Of a stretch of 64,000 bases of DNA, positions 23,938 through 36,223 are shown one piece after another (position 1 is the first letter of the stretch; each line of letters starts with the position of its first letter). The stretch is from Chrysomallon squamiferum (taxonomy: Eukaryota; Animalia; Mollusca). The translations under genes and the position numbers were made by a program. The stretch is from positions 24,490,001 to 24,554,000 of the forward strand of contig CM022673.1 in the NCBI GenBank assembly GCA_012295275.1. Reading direction: 5' to 3'. The notes beneath the pieces were generated by a model. It was given only the letters and a program-made list of their open reading frames with translations, was not told the DNA's origin and made no database searches.

Positions 23938-26900
23938 GTATGTTTGGGATTTTTTTTTGGGGGGGGGGGGTTGTGGTAATAAATAACTTTAGTAATATTC
24001 GTTCACGTGAAAAGCAGTATAAGGGAAGGTTGTATGTTTATTTCACGAAGTTGTTTAGAGATTTTCGTTTTCTGTGAAATGTTTCCCATTGTAGATCACA
24101 AACAGAACAATGCAAGGTCTCGTCTCATTAGAATGCCGAGAGTTTACATTCATTCTTGTTCTATTAAAATTTGACCGAATGTCCGTCTCTCTCTCTCTCT
24201 CTCTCTCTCTGTCCTGTCCACCACGCAGGCCTGTTAGTAATGTTTGATCATCTGATTCGTCATCATTGATTGACCGATTTAATTATTACAAGTCTGTGTT
24301 TGTCGACATAATTATCAACAGTCTGTTGTTCTCGCCCAGACGACCAGTGTGGGATAACAGTTGGAGATACGAGTGTTGCAGCACACAACACTCAACACAG
24401 AAGACGCTTGGCCCATTAGTTCGTTATGCAGAACTATTAAGACCTTTTTAATTTTTGCCAATACATTTCAGTATTCTACTAATGGACGTATAATTGTAGT
24501 AAACCCAAAACAGTTATTGATTGTTAGTTGGTCTGCCCCCGCAAAAGAAAAGTGGATATATATAAAATAAATGTTCAGACTAATAATTTTGTCTTATTTT
24601 AATATTTTCCTTTTGAAAGATTATGTCTTTTCGCGATTGGGCGATTGGGTTATTTCCCGTTCTTATTAAAACTCCATTTTAAAAAACAGATTTTAGCGGA
24701 TGATTAAAGATATTTCATTGTTTATTTCTAAGTATACAATGGTGATGGATGATTTTTGATGCCATTCTTCATGTTGACAAATTTTTTTGTTTTAATGAGA
24801 CAGTTCAGGTAGGAAACGACAAACAGCCTCAAGGTTGATAATTTAGCTATGACATTAAATATAAAACAGCGCTGTGGATCGATAGTTCATGAACCTTTTA
24901 AGAGGTCAGATGAATGAACACAACAGTTTTTTTTTATAGTTTTTTTTTTAATTATTTTTTATTCAACACAGAAAACTCCCGTGTAAAAAGATATTGATAT
25001 TTTTTCTCTTTTTCAAAGAATCTAAAATTCAATGAAAGATGCATGCACATTTCAGAACTAGTAACATTTATTTATTTATTTGTTTGTTCGAGCTCAGATA
25101 TAATAGAGACTAACATTAACAGTAGCTGTTGTCTCTATACTACTACTCAGTAGCAGAAGTAGTAATAATAGTAGTAAGTTTGCTGTAACAGCGCTAGTAG
25201 TAATGGTAGAGTGGTAACAGTAGTAGTATGTATTATTAATATCTATTGAATGCGTAAAGCATTTCTGACACTTGTAGCACATACACAGTTATAAGCATTA
25301 GACTCTTAGCATCTACAACATAGTCAAACACACCGAAAATACATCTCTGAAAAGCAACATAATTCACGAATCCTTGGGATTTACCCCAGTAAATTTCTGT
25401 TTTCCTTTTGGATGGCAGTTAAAAAATTTTAAAAAAATTAAATAAATAAATTACATGAATTTTAAATGAAAGAACCTGAAACTAAATAATGATCAACGTA
25501 AAACTGTTATCTGAAGGAAACAAAAACGTGTTGCATGTGTTTTTGAAATTCTTCTGCATCGTTTAGATGTTTTGAATAGCAGACACGATGTTTCGGTATT
25601 GTTTTTAACGTGAGCAGATGTGTGGGTGTTTCTTTTGCTTCAGTAACACACGTGTCTGTCTTTGATGTAATCGGAAGACCTGCTTCCACAGGAGCTGTCA
25701 TTTCTCACTAAGAACTTTTCTCTCAGAATCACAGCAACAAAATCCGCGTCATCATTTTTTTTTTTTTTTTTTTTTTTTTTGAATGTGTGCAGAATTCCAT
25801 ACGGCTGAAGTGTAAGAAATAACACGATTTTATTAAGTAATCTTTTTACTTATTTCTTCAAAATACAAAATAAATTCTAGAGATTATTTCAAAATAATTG
25901 TAATTTGACATCAATGAAAAATTAAACGCATTTTAATAATGTTTTAAAAATATAATCTGTGAATAGGAATCATATTCTACAATGACTTGGAGAAAACTAA
26001 TTGTGTTTGGCTACCCAGTCTGTTTACAGGTACACAAATCTACGATCTAACAGCTCTTGTTTAATAAGGCCTTTTTACGACGTGGGCAGGAACATCATCG
26101 TTTGTTTGTGAAACGATGCAGACGTCTCTGTCATTTTAGCCTCATCTTTAGCATTTTCGTGAAGATTTTGATTCCTCGTATACCTTTATATTTAGATGCT
26201 GACCAGGTTGATGTTAATGAATAAGGCTATTCTGATTTGAAATTATGCTAGTTATTTACGCTTTAATGGTTAACATTTGGTTGCCGAATTAATGAACAAA
26301 GCCATTCGCTCACATCAAAGTAATTAACGAGTCCATGTGTTGTACAGACTTGAAAGAAAACTTGTTATAAGTTCATTTACATACATACAGATATACATAT
26401 ATATATACATACATACATATACATACACACACACACACGGACAGACACACAGAGACATATACATATATATATATATATATTTACTTATAATTGTTTTTAA
26501 TTGTATTAATGAAATTTGGGGACTATCAGTTATACAGTGGTTAATTTTTTTTTTACCAGATCATCTTCATTTTCAGTATTAATGATAATTAGTGGTAAAG
26601 TTAGTCTGATATTTGTTTTGTCGCAGCAGACTAATTGATGTTCTAGTATTCCAAAGCACGATTCTAAAACACGTTTTCGAACATGACCATCATATATTAT
26701 TTTATTCCTGTCTGTTTCTTGCGTAACTTAATTGTTGTGTTTTGTGTTCAACTTCGTGTTTGCTGGATGAAGAGATTTTTAAATGTCTGTGTTTAAACAA
26801 CTCGTAGATGTAGATTTTTCTTCAGCAGCAGGAAGATCCATTAAACTCACGAGTTTTATTTCCTTCAGTTTTCTTTCTTTCGTCCATTCTTTTCTTTTTT

Positions 26901-27620
26901 TTTTTTTTTTTTCTTTCAGTACATTATTTTTTTTTATTTTAAGATTACGGATTGTGAGTTTAATTTTCCTATGTTTGATTTGACCTAGATATCGTTACTT
27001 CACATAATCTACTTGTTATAGTTTAACTCAGAAAGAAATTTCTGTAATGATTGTTAACAGGATCGATGTTCAATAACTTGAAAGCAAAATTACCGTTAAA
27101 TTTTTTGCTACTTTATGGATAACACTAAATTGTAAATGTGGTTATTGTTTCGTATTTCTATTTACATGAAGGGTTTTTTTTTGTTTATCTTTATTTTTAT
27201 TTTTTTTATTTTTTTTATTTATAGATATGTTTTGTTGTTGTTTGTTTGTTTAGGGACTGTTAATTTATTTTATTTTATTTGGGTTTTTTTATGCATTATG
27301 TCAAATATATAATTAGAGTATATTCCTTAAGCGATTATTTCATATACTTGTCATATTTGTATTTTAACGATTTATTTTTTAATTTTGTAAACGTTTCATT
27401 CGGCTTTAGAACGATGTTCGTACGTACTGTTAATCTTTTACACAGTCTCAACAAACACTACACAGAATTCTAAACTTTTTAAAATACATCTGTTTCTTCT
27501 TTGCTAACATGAAATTAACCATTTCACTCTGTTACACCAAACACCTTTTTTTATTCGTATCCATAATATGTGCAAAATATTATTTTAAATAGATTGTCAC
27601 ACATCATAATAACATCGATA

Positions 27621-27653
<33 letters not shown>

Positions 27654-27796
27654 CATTCTTTTTACCTCTACTACTACTCCTGTTACTACTTTGTCAATGT
27701 TTTCTATAGTATTACGTAAGACTGTTGTATATGTATATATATATGCCTGAATATTTATATAAACTGGTATGTATGTATTTATGTGCGTGTGTGTGT

Positions 27797-27833
<37 letters not shown>

Positions 27834-28515
27834 TGTATGTATGTATGTGAACAAATTAACTAGTTATCTATTACCTATATAGTACTCAGAAAAGGAAGCC
27901 TAAGCTATTCTGAACAGAAAGGATTTTTATTGTAAGAGAAGACGAACACAGACAAAAGCTTTCTCGACATGCTTTCATGATTTCCTGTTTGAGGGACAGA
28001 ACATCTCTCGTTTCTGGTTTTTAAATGCTGATTTTTGGAAATGATATTAACTAGAATTAACAAGTATTTTCTCTAGCTTCACGGAACGTATAGATTACAT
28101 TCATTGATTATCTTCGTGGATAATTGTACAGAGCCGGTCATTTATTTATTAGTGTTTTGGTCACGATTTTATTATATCTCTACATATATATATGTACATG
28201 CATACACACACACGCAAAGCACATGCATACATACATAGGTGCATATATGTACATACATTTACATAGTAACATACATATATACGTATATACAGATAAACAT
28301 ACATACACATACACATAAAAGATAGATAGATACGCATAAAAATAGATACATACATAAATGCATACACACATATAAACACACTCATATACATACACATACA
28401 CATACACCTACACATATTCTGAAATTAAAATAACGTAAAAGTGTTCAATGTAAATATTTGTAGGATTACCATTTAACTGATTCCTTCTTCTTTTTCTTCT
28501 TCTCAAGATCGAGAC

Positions 28516-28699
28516 ATGCAATTGGCGAATCCGTCGTCTTCGATTACAAGAAGTTTGACATGTGTGTGTGTATTAGTGCTAGTTGTGACCACAGCTTACC
28601 CTTTAGATAGCAGGAACATTGCACAGTATGCCAACTTACCCCAGTTCTTGTTACGAGGAGCCGCCATCCAGCACAGTTTACATAATGTGTACCGCCTGA
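28516..28699 (+). CDS. Neuropeptide precursor (CP2-like), coding exon 1: signal peptide and propeptide
   Basis: Polypyrimidine tract and AG acceptor (ttccttcttctttttcttcttctcaag, AG at 28506-28507) 8 nt before the ATG at 28516. Encodes MQLANPSSSITRSLTCVCVLVLVVTTA|YPLDSRNIAQYANLPQFLLRGAAIQHSLHNVYRL, with a hydrophobic h-region and a TTA-YP signal cleavage site. Ends at a GTGAGT donor (28700), phase 1. Confidence 0.9.
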
Positions 28700-29042
28700 G
28701 TGAGTAGACGTTTCTCTCTTTCGTGTTATCCTCGCCTTTGTTTGCGGGTGGATTTTTTAAAATTATTACTCGTGTTATTTTTTTTTTAAATTTTTTTTTT
28801 GTTGTTATTATTATTGGTGTTATTTTTTATTTTATTTTTTATTATTATTTTTTATTATTATTATTTTTATTTATTTATTTATTATTAATTTTTTTATGAT
28901 TATTATTATTATTGGTGTTATTTTTTTATTTTTTTTTATTAATATTATTATTGGTGTTATTTTTTTATTTATTCTTTTTGTTTATTATTATTATTGGTGT
29001 TATTTTTTATTTTTTTTTTACAATTATTTATTTTTAATTATT

Positions 29043-29075
<33 letters not shown>

Positions 29076-29402
29076 TTTTTTTTTTATTATTATTATTTAT
29101 ATTATTATTTTGTTGTTTTTTTTATATTATTTTGAGGGCTTATTTTATTATTATTACTACTGCTACTACTGTTACTATAACAGTATGAATGTCTGTGTGT
29201 GTGTTTGTGTCTGTGTGTGCGTCTGTTTGTGTTGTCTATCGCTGTTCGTGTGTGTGTGTGTGTGCGCGCGAGGGGTGTGTTTGTTTTTGGATTTATTTAT
29301 TTCTTACATTTTCTTTTCTTTTGTTTTAGGAAACATAAACTTTTACATGTCCCAATATATATATTTTTTTCCTTCAAGAGTTTTAAATTTGTGTATTAAC
29401 AA

Positions 29403-29964
29403 CAGTTGACTCTCTATTTGGCGGACCTCGCTTTTCTAGAAATCCGCAAAAATCACAAAAAATATACTAACCGCCATTTCCCACTTGAAACTGTGCCTCT
29501 GTTCCGAGTCCTAATGACACAGCATATTTTAATTATATTTTTAAAATACTGTTGACCCTTGACTTCAAAGACCTGGAAATCTACACAAAACTTGGAAAAA
29601 AATAAATAATTGAACTTACCACCATGTCTTACTTGAAATCTTATATCTAGGTACTGTTAAGTTATTCTGAGTCCCAATACACGATAAAAGTAAACCTATC
29701 TCAAACCACTTTCTATCGAGGTAACAGTAAATTTTACAATTACACCGATAACCATCATAACCTAACAAACGTCACCCAACCTAGCCGAAATTTTTCTCCG
29801 GTACATGTTTTGGGTGGGTTTTTTTTCACATTTGTTTACATCATGTCTGAATATTGTTCTTACATCTTTATATTAATGTACTATATAGCTGTTACGTGTA
29901 CTAATCTTTAAAGTTTCGGTAAATTTTAAGTTTAATGTTGGTCCGTGAAATCGAGGTTCAAGAG
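29403..29964. mobile_element. Degenerate pogo/Tigger-like MITE in the intron between coding exons 1 and 2
   Basis: Left end cagttgactctctatttggcggacc vs reverse-complemented right end ctcttgaacctcgatttcacggacc (18/25). TA follows the right end. Confidence 0.5.
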
Positions 29965-30051
29965 TATATCCGGTTTAAATATTGTGCTCGCTATTGTTGT
30001 ATTAATAGCGGTGACAAAGACACTGAATGTTAATTTTATATATGTTTGCAG

Positions 30052-30090
30052 GAAATGCCGTTGATACTTCTAAGAGAGAAAAGCGGTATG
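30052..30090 (+). CDS. Neuropeptide precursor, coding exon 2 (39 nt) carrying the KREKR processing site
   Basis: Acceptor tttgcag (AG at 30050-30051) and donor GTAAGT at 30091. Joins exon 1 in phase 1 to read R-NAVDTSKREKR-Y-(G). Confidence 0.9.
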
Positions 30091-30529
30091 GTAAGTTACT
30101 TAATAATCTTTCTCTGTCTTAACTGTTGTTTAAAATATTAATTACGTTTGAAAATAGCTATTCATTATTTAAAATATTTTGAAATGAACTACGTTTTTGA
30201 ATAAAAACTTTTCATATTTGTTAACTGAAACATTTTTAAATGATGTGTTTTTGAATGAATCTTTTCATCATTAATCACATAAAACATTCTGAAGTGTAAT
30301 ATGCTTTAAAATCTTCTATTCATTATTCGTTATTCAAATATTTTCAAGTGAAATTCTCTTTAAAAGAAAATAACCATTCGTTATTTAAAAAAAAAAATTT
30401 GAATTGAAATTCGCTTTGTAAGAAATTTCATCATTATTTGTTACATAAAACATTTCGATGTGAAACGCTTATTTTAAAACATTCTGAAGGGTTAATTACA
30501 CTGTTGTTGTTTTCTGTTTTCTGCACCAG

Positions 30530-30663
30530 GTATAGCGGGGCTGGATAACATTGATATGATCACGAGTACGTTGGACAAAGTGAGACACCACAACCGTAGA
30601 CCGCTTCTTAGCGTTAGTCTCACAAACGCTGACCTTCAACGGTTGCTAAACGCTGGAAGATAG
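30530..30663 (+). CDS. Neuropeptide precursor, coding exon 3: mature amidated peptide
   Basis: Acceptor ttttctgttttctgcaccag (AG at 30528-30529). Phase-1 join reads GIAGLDNIDMITSTLDKVRHHNRRPLLSVSLTNADLQRLLNAGR-stop (TAG at 30661-30663). C-terminal Gly-Arg-stop is a standard amidation signal. Confidence 0.9.
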
Positions 30664-31254
30664 AAATGTCCAGCGCTTCTGGTCTCCCTCGTGTCCACGG
30701 AACCAGTCGATGTTACTGCAACAGGAAGATTCCACGAAGATTATTTATAAACATCATAAGAAAAAAAACCAAAAACAATGTGTGCAATGTACTGTGAAGT
30801 GAATTAGTTAATGGATTTATCGTCGAAAGTAATGGATTTATCGTCGTTGTTGTTTTTGTTGGGGATTTTATTTTTCGGCCAAATGTTTATCTGTTAATGC
30901 TTTTCTAACTAGAAAAATCCTGATATCGTCATTTTATCTATCTATCTATCTGTATGGATAGATAAATAGATAGACAGATGTATAGATAGATAGACAGACA
31001 TCTTTCTATCTTGGTATATCTTTCCATTCAGGTAACTGTATCTATCTTCTTTCCTATCTATCTATCAATCTGTCTTTCTCTCTGTCTTCCTCTTAGTCTG
31101 TATGTCTGACTGTATATCTGTTTCATCTGTTTGTCTTTTTGTTGATTGATTTTGTCTTTCTCGATCACTTTTACTAATATTTATTAAACGTTTTAGTTAT
31201 ATTTGAGGAAAAATAAATTAAGAAAAGCAAACTTTGCCTCGCCATATATTTCAT

Positions 31255-31272
31255 GTTATTGTTGTTATTATG

Positions 31273-31359
<87 letters not shown>
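31255..31359. repeat. (TAT)n microsatellite downstream of the neuropeptide stop codon
   Basis: Pure trinucleotide run. Other AAT/TAT runs at about 32150-32202, 32735-32791, 41916-41986, 47573-47620, 53405-53465, 61690-61742 and 63910-63975. Confidence 0.97.
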
Positions 31360-32149
31360 TAGCTGGTTATTTTTACTTAGAAATATTTTAATTATAAATG
31401 GCCATCTGAATGTGTAACGGTCGTAAATTACAATTTTGAAAAACTTGAGTTATGTCTACAGCATGATACAAAACCAGTGTATTTACAACAGTACTGTTTC
31501 TGAATAGTGCAAAACTATCTGAGAAACTGTGTTATCTGGAGGCCAGTTAAAATCTTGTTTCATACCATTTTTCTGAAAACCATTCTAAATGTAATTAAGA
31601 ACTGTTTTCTTTCATATTTTTTGCAATTTAAATGAAAATAATTGTTACCTGTTCTCTCGAAAAGGAATCTTAACTCGAACTTTGGCGTTTTCAAGTGATT
31701 TGCATTTCTGAAATCTGCAGACACTGGAAGTTATAAGTTTGTGAACTCTGGATATGGAGTAGGGGACAGGTTTTTTTAAAGTGTTTAATGACTAGGGTTT
31801 TTTTTCTACAGCGATGGTAGATTTATATATATCAGTCTTTACACGTTTAACAAAGACATATATATATATATATTAAAGGTGGAAATGCATGTTCCGAAAT
31901 GATGCTCATATTGATAAAAATAATAATAAATAAAAAATAAATTCTGAAAACACGGCGAAAAACAAACCCATGTTGCGAGTTGAGACTCATTTTGTGAGAA
32001 CTGGTCACAATTTCTTTTATTTGTTCTGTTCTGTTCGAGTATTACTAGTATTAATACTTCTATTGCTACTGCTACTGTTACTGCTATTACTACTACTACT
32101 ACTACTACAACTACTACTACTACGATTACTATCACTACTATTACCAGTC

Positions 32150-32204
<55 letters not shown>

Positions 32205-32279
32205 TGAATATGTCATTTCTTTTTTTTAAGTTACTTACATTTCCAAATTATTAATTTTTTGTTACAAAATAGCTGAACG

Positions 32280-32394
32280 CCATAGCAACCTAAAATCGTG
32301 ACGTCATCGCGTACATGAGTGAGAGTGACAGCAGTATTTCTTCGGACACTATTACGAAAAATCAATCTGTCAACTACGTAACGATGACGTCACA
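32280..32394. promoter_or_regulatory. Paired CRE sites plus RFX X-box half-site downstream of the neuropeptide gene
   Basis: CCATAGCAAC (32280-32289), TGACGTCA at 32299-32306 and 32385-32392. The CREs sit within a 12-bp inverted repeat gtgacgtcatcg / cgatgacgtcac. Confidence 0.35.
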
Positions 32395-32508
32395 ACACTA
32401 GCTACTTTTTGGTTGTTATACTTCGTTATTTATTAAGATGGTTTGCTAAAATAATAATAATAATAATAACAACAACAACAACAACAAGATCAACAACGAC
32501 AACAAAAC

Positions 32509-32540
<32 letters not shown>

Positions 32541-32730
32541 ATGCCTTGGAAAAATGTAGAATATATTTAAACAGTTTCTATCAAAAAAGGTATACTTTAA
32601 ATTAATATAAATTTACAATACTATATTTTATTTTTTTCTAATTTTTACTAAAATAATATTATTACTACTGCTACTGTCACTGCTACTAAATTAATGTTAC
32701 TATATGTACTACTATCATTACTACTGTTAC

Positions 32731-32791
<61 letters not shown>

Positions 32792-33381
32792 GATAGTTCA
32801 GGTGTAATATAAATGTTGTTAAAAGTTGTTTTTGTAATATTTATGTTACAATGAATGTTATTAAAACTGTCATTCTCTGAATTAGTTTTTTTCCGACAAT
32901 GAATTCATGATAACTGTATTTTGCTTCTGAACTCTGTGCTGAAAAAAAAAAAAATTGAAAAAAAAAAAAAGAATAAAGAAAGAAATAAAGATTGCACGCA
33001 TTGATATTATTTGTTTTTGTCTTTTATACAAAAATATAGTTTGTGCCTTAAAAGTATAAATAAATAGAACCAGCATGGCATGCAGATTTTATAAAAAATG
33101 TAAATATAAATTTAATGGAATAAATTTATGTTAAAACTGAATTTTGAATTCACTAGTTTTAAAGTCGTACAGCAACAACTAAAATATGTTCGTTTTTCAG
33201 AATCAGAGTTAAATGTTTTCTGACAAAGAAAACAAGTTTTTTTTTCGTTAAGTGATGATTATGGTTTACTCTGATGTAACAGATACCATATTTGATTGGC
33301 ATGAGATTTGTTCTCTTCTACATATATACTGAAACGTATCAGTTTTGTGTGTGATATATATGTACGAGAAGATCTAACCGC

Positions 33382-33459
<78 letters not shown>

Positions 33460-34027
33460 TGTTAATTCAAAGTCTGTTTGAGAATAATTAGTTAAGAGTT
33501 GCCTTCCGCTATAAAATTTATATAACATACAATGTTTTCTTATGCTGACGTAATATACGTGACCAAACATGAGGTCATAATTTAAGACAGAGAGACAGTC
33601 GACAAGAGAGACACTAAAGACACCATAATAATTACTATAACATAATATGTGTTACGTCTTTACACTTTGCTACATTTTTGATTGGCTGAATCGAAAAAAC
33701 AACGATTTGTAAAGCCACTGATCTTTCTGCAGTACAACAAATACTTAAGCCACAATTTCTCTGTATTCAAATCTTTCACACAGTTTTTCAGTTTCTTTAT
33801 TAGCCTATTCCTAAACAGCGAACTTCACCAGATAATCTTCAAAACGAGTACTGATAAAATAAACACTTTACGAGATACTGTTATTTTCAAAGCCTGTCTT
33901 TGTTGGCATGAACAAAGAACTACTAGTTTGTATACTTCAACGTTATTTGGCTGAAATCAGGTGAAATCCTTTAATTTCACAGACTCAAATGACACTGAAA
34001 CTATTCATTGTAAAAATTTAGCTTTTA

Positions 34028-34070
<43 letters not shown>

Positions 34071-35715
34071 GAAGAAGAAAAGATAATTTAAACCTCTGCT
34101 TTAAAAAGCAATAATTTGATTTAAACAGAGCAATTGAATCAGATAGCTTAAATTTAACTGAGTTGTATTTGATGAAGCAAAAAAAAAAGAAAAACAGAAT
34201 GAAAGAAAAGAAAAGAAAGGTATTTTTGTGAACTGTTCTGAATATACTCTTTGCCATTGCTTACAAAATATGAATGAGCTACATTATTTGTACCACTGAA
34301 ATATGAACAGACTTATCACAAAACTTCTGACATAGCCGGCGTTGTCGTCATACACTATTTAAATATATGTGATCAACGCATTGAACTGAAAACATAAAAT
34401 AACTGTAGTTCATATAACACACATCGTCATGTACAGATACAACGTGAATAATAAATATAAGATGTTACCTTCATATTTTGAGTTTTAAAGTGATTTATTT
34501 TCTTCCAGTAAAAAAACACATAATAGATTTGTAACTGACCAGAAAAAAAGTAAACATTCTAGCTAATACTTTATTATTTTCAAAGTTTAGTCCTGTTTTA
34601 CTGTCGTACTTTGCTATCGGCAAATATCGATCGCTATAAACCATAGGTTTTCTACCTGTAAGGGCTCGTCAGCCTTTATTCTGGGGGTCACGAGATCGTT
34701 CTTGAGCGAGGGTATGTTTTAGCTTTTTTAACTTGACTTGGAAGGAGGAATAAATAAAAACGTGTAGATAGGTTTGGGACGCGTCATAGTGAATATAGAT
34801 TCCTTTTGTATTGTCTTTGGTTGATGAAAATATGGTAACCCTAGATATTATTGAATCAAAATTTTTAAAGGGTTTCATCGGTCATATTGAGTTGCTCATA
34901 AGGGGTAGCAACAATAACGACACAAACAACAACAGTAATGGCAATAATAATGCTAACAACAACAATAATAATGATGATGATGAAAATAACAACAACAACT
35001 ATATCAATAACAACAACATCAACAACAAAAAAACAACAACAACAACAATAATAATAATAATAATAACAACAACAACAACAATAACAATACCAATAACAAT
35101 ACTAATTATAACGCAATGATAAACTAATGGAATGAATCTGATACTACAACTTCACACGAATCAAAATAAAACAGGACTCAAGTTTCACGAATATCACATT
35201 TTCTGACACAAACACACCGAACTATATTTGTACCAGCTACTGATTCCAGCCGCCGCTTTTAACCGACTGTGATATGAGAAATATTATGATTAAAAATAAT
35301 AATTAAATTTCTGAACGTCCACTGAGTTTCATTTTCGAAGCAGTTATTAAATAATCACATTCTTACTGTAGATGGTTATATCTGGCAATCCCGTTATGTC
35401 TGTATTTCCGTATAACGTATATCCTGCTAATTGTATTATTCCTATGTCTGTCTGTTTAATTCATGACAGCTGTCTGCCAGATTTAGAATAACGCGTTTAG
35501 CTCTGCAGTAATATTCTGCAACGTAATGTTATGTATGTGAACGAACAAAGAACAAAATATAAATACATTTAAATACTTTATATATATATATATGAGTATG
35601 TATGTATGTATGTATGTATGTATGTATGTATGTATGTATGTATGTATGTATGTATGTATGTATGTATATGTATGTATGCATATGTATGTATGTATTGTAT
35701 GTGTATATGTATGTA

Positions 35716-35764
<49 letters not shown>

Positions 35765-36102
35765 GTATATGTATGTATGTATTATGTATACATATGTAAT
35801 TGTCTTGGACATAATATCTTGTCTTAAATAACGTACTAATAATGACACGTAACTCAGCAAAACATAACAAGTAACTTACTAACCTGTGCTGGATAACACT
35901 TAGTATTATTTCTAACGATTACTCATTACTGAGCAGTTAAATCGCTCAAAACAGATACAAAATGATTGCTATTTCAAAAACAGATTTGACTGTTGTTTTA
36001 CCTTATTTCAGAAACGCATGCTAGATATATATATATATAGACAAACAAACAAAAACTCAAGCACATATACATATACGCATTTGTTTATATATATATATAC
36101 AG

Positions 36103-36139
<37 letters not shown>

Positions 36140-36184
36140 CACATACAAACATGCAAACACATACATACACACACACACACAAAC

Positions 36185-36223
<39 letters not shown>

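Noticed and set aside
28516-28707. 63-aa single-exon ORF as listed in the track
   Set aside because: A GTGAGT donor at 28700 precedes the stop, and two downstream exons continue in frame to a complete prohormone. The short ORF is only the unspliced read-through.
31212-31217. AATAAA as the neuropeptide polyadenylation signal
   Set aside because: Plausible, but such hexamers are frequent in this AT-rich DNA (ATTAAA at 32860 is an alternative). The 3' end cannot be fixed without transcript data.
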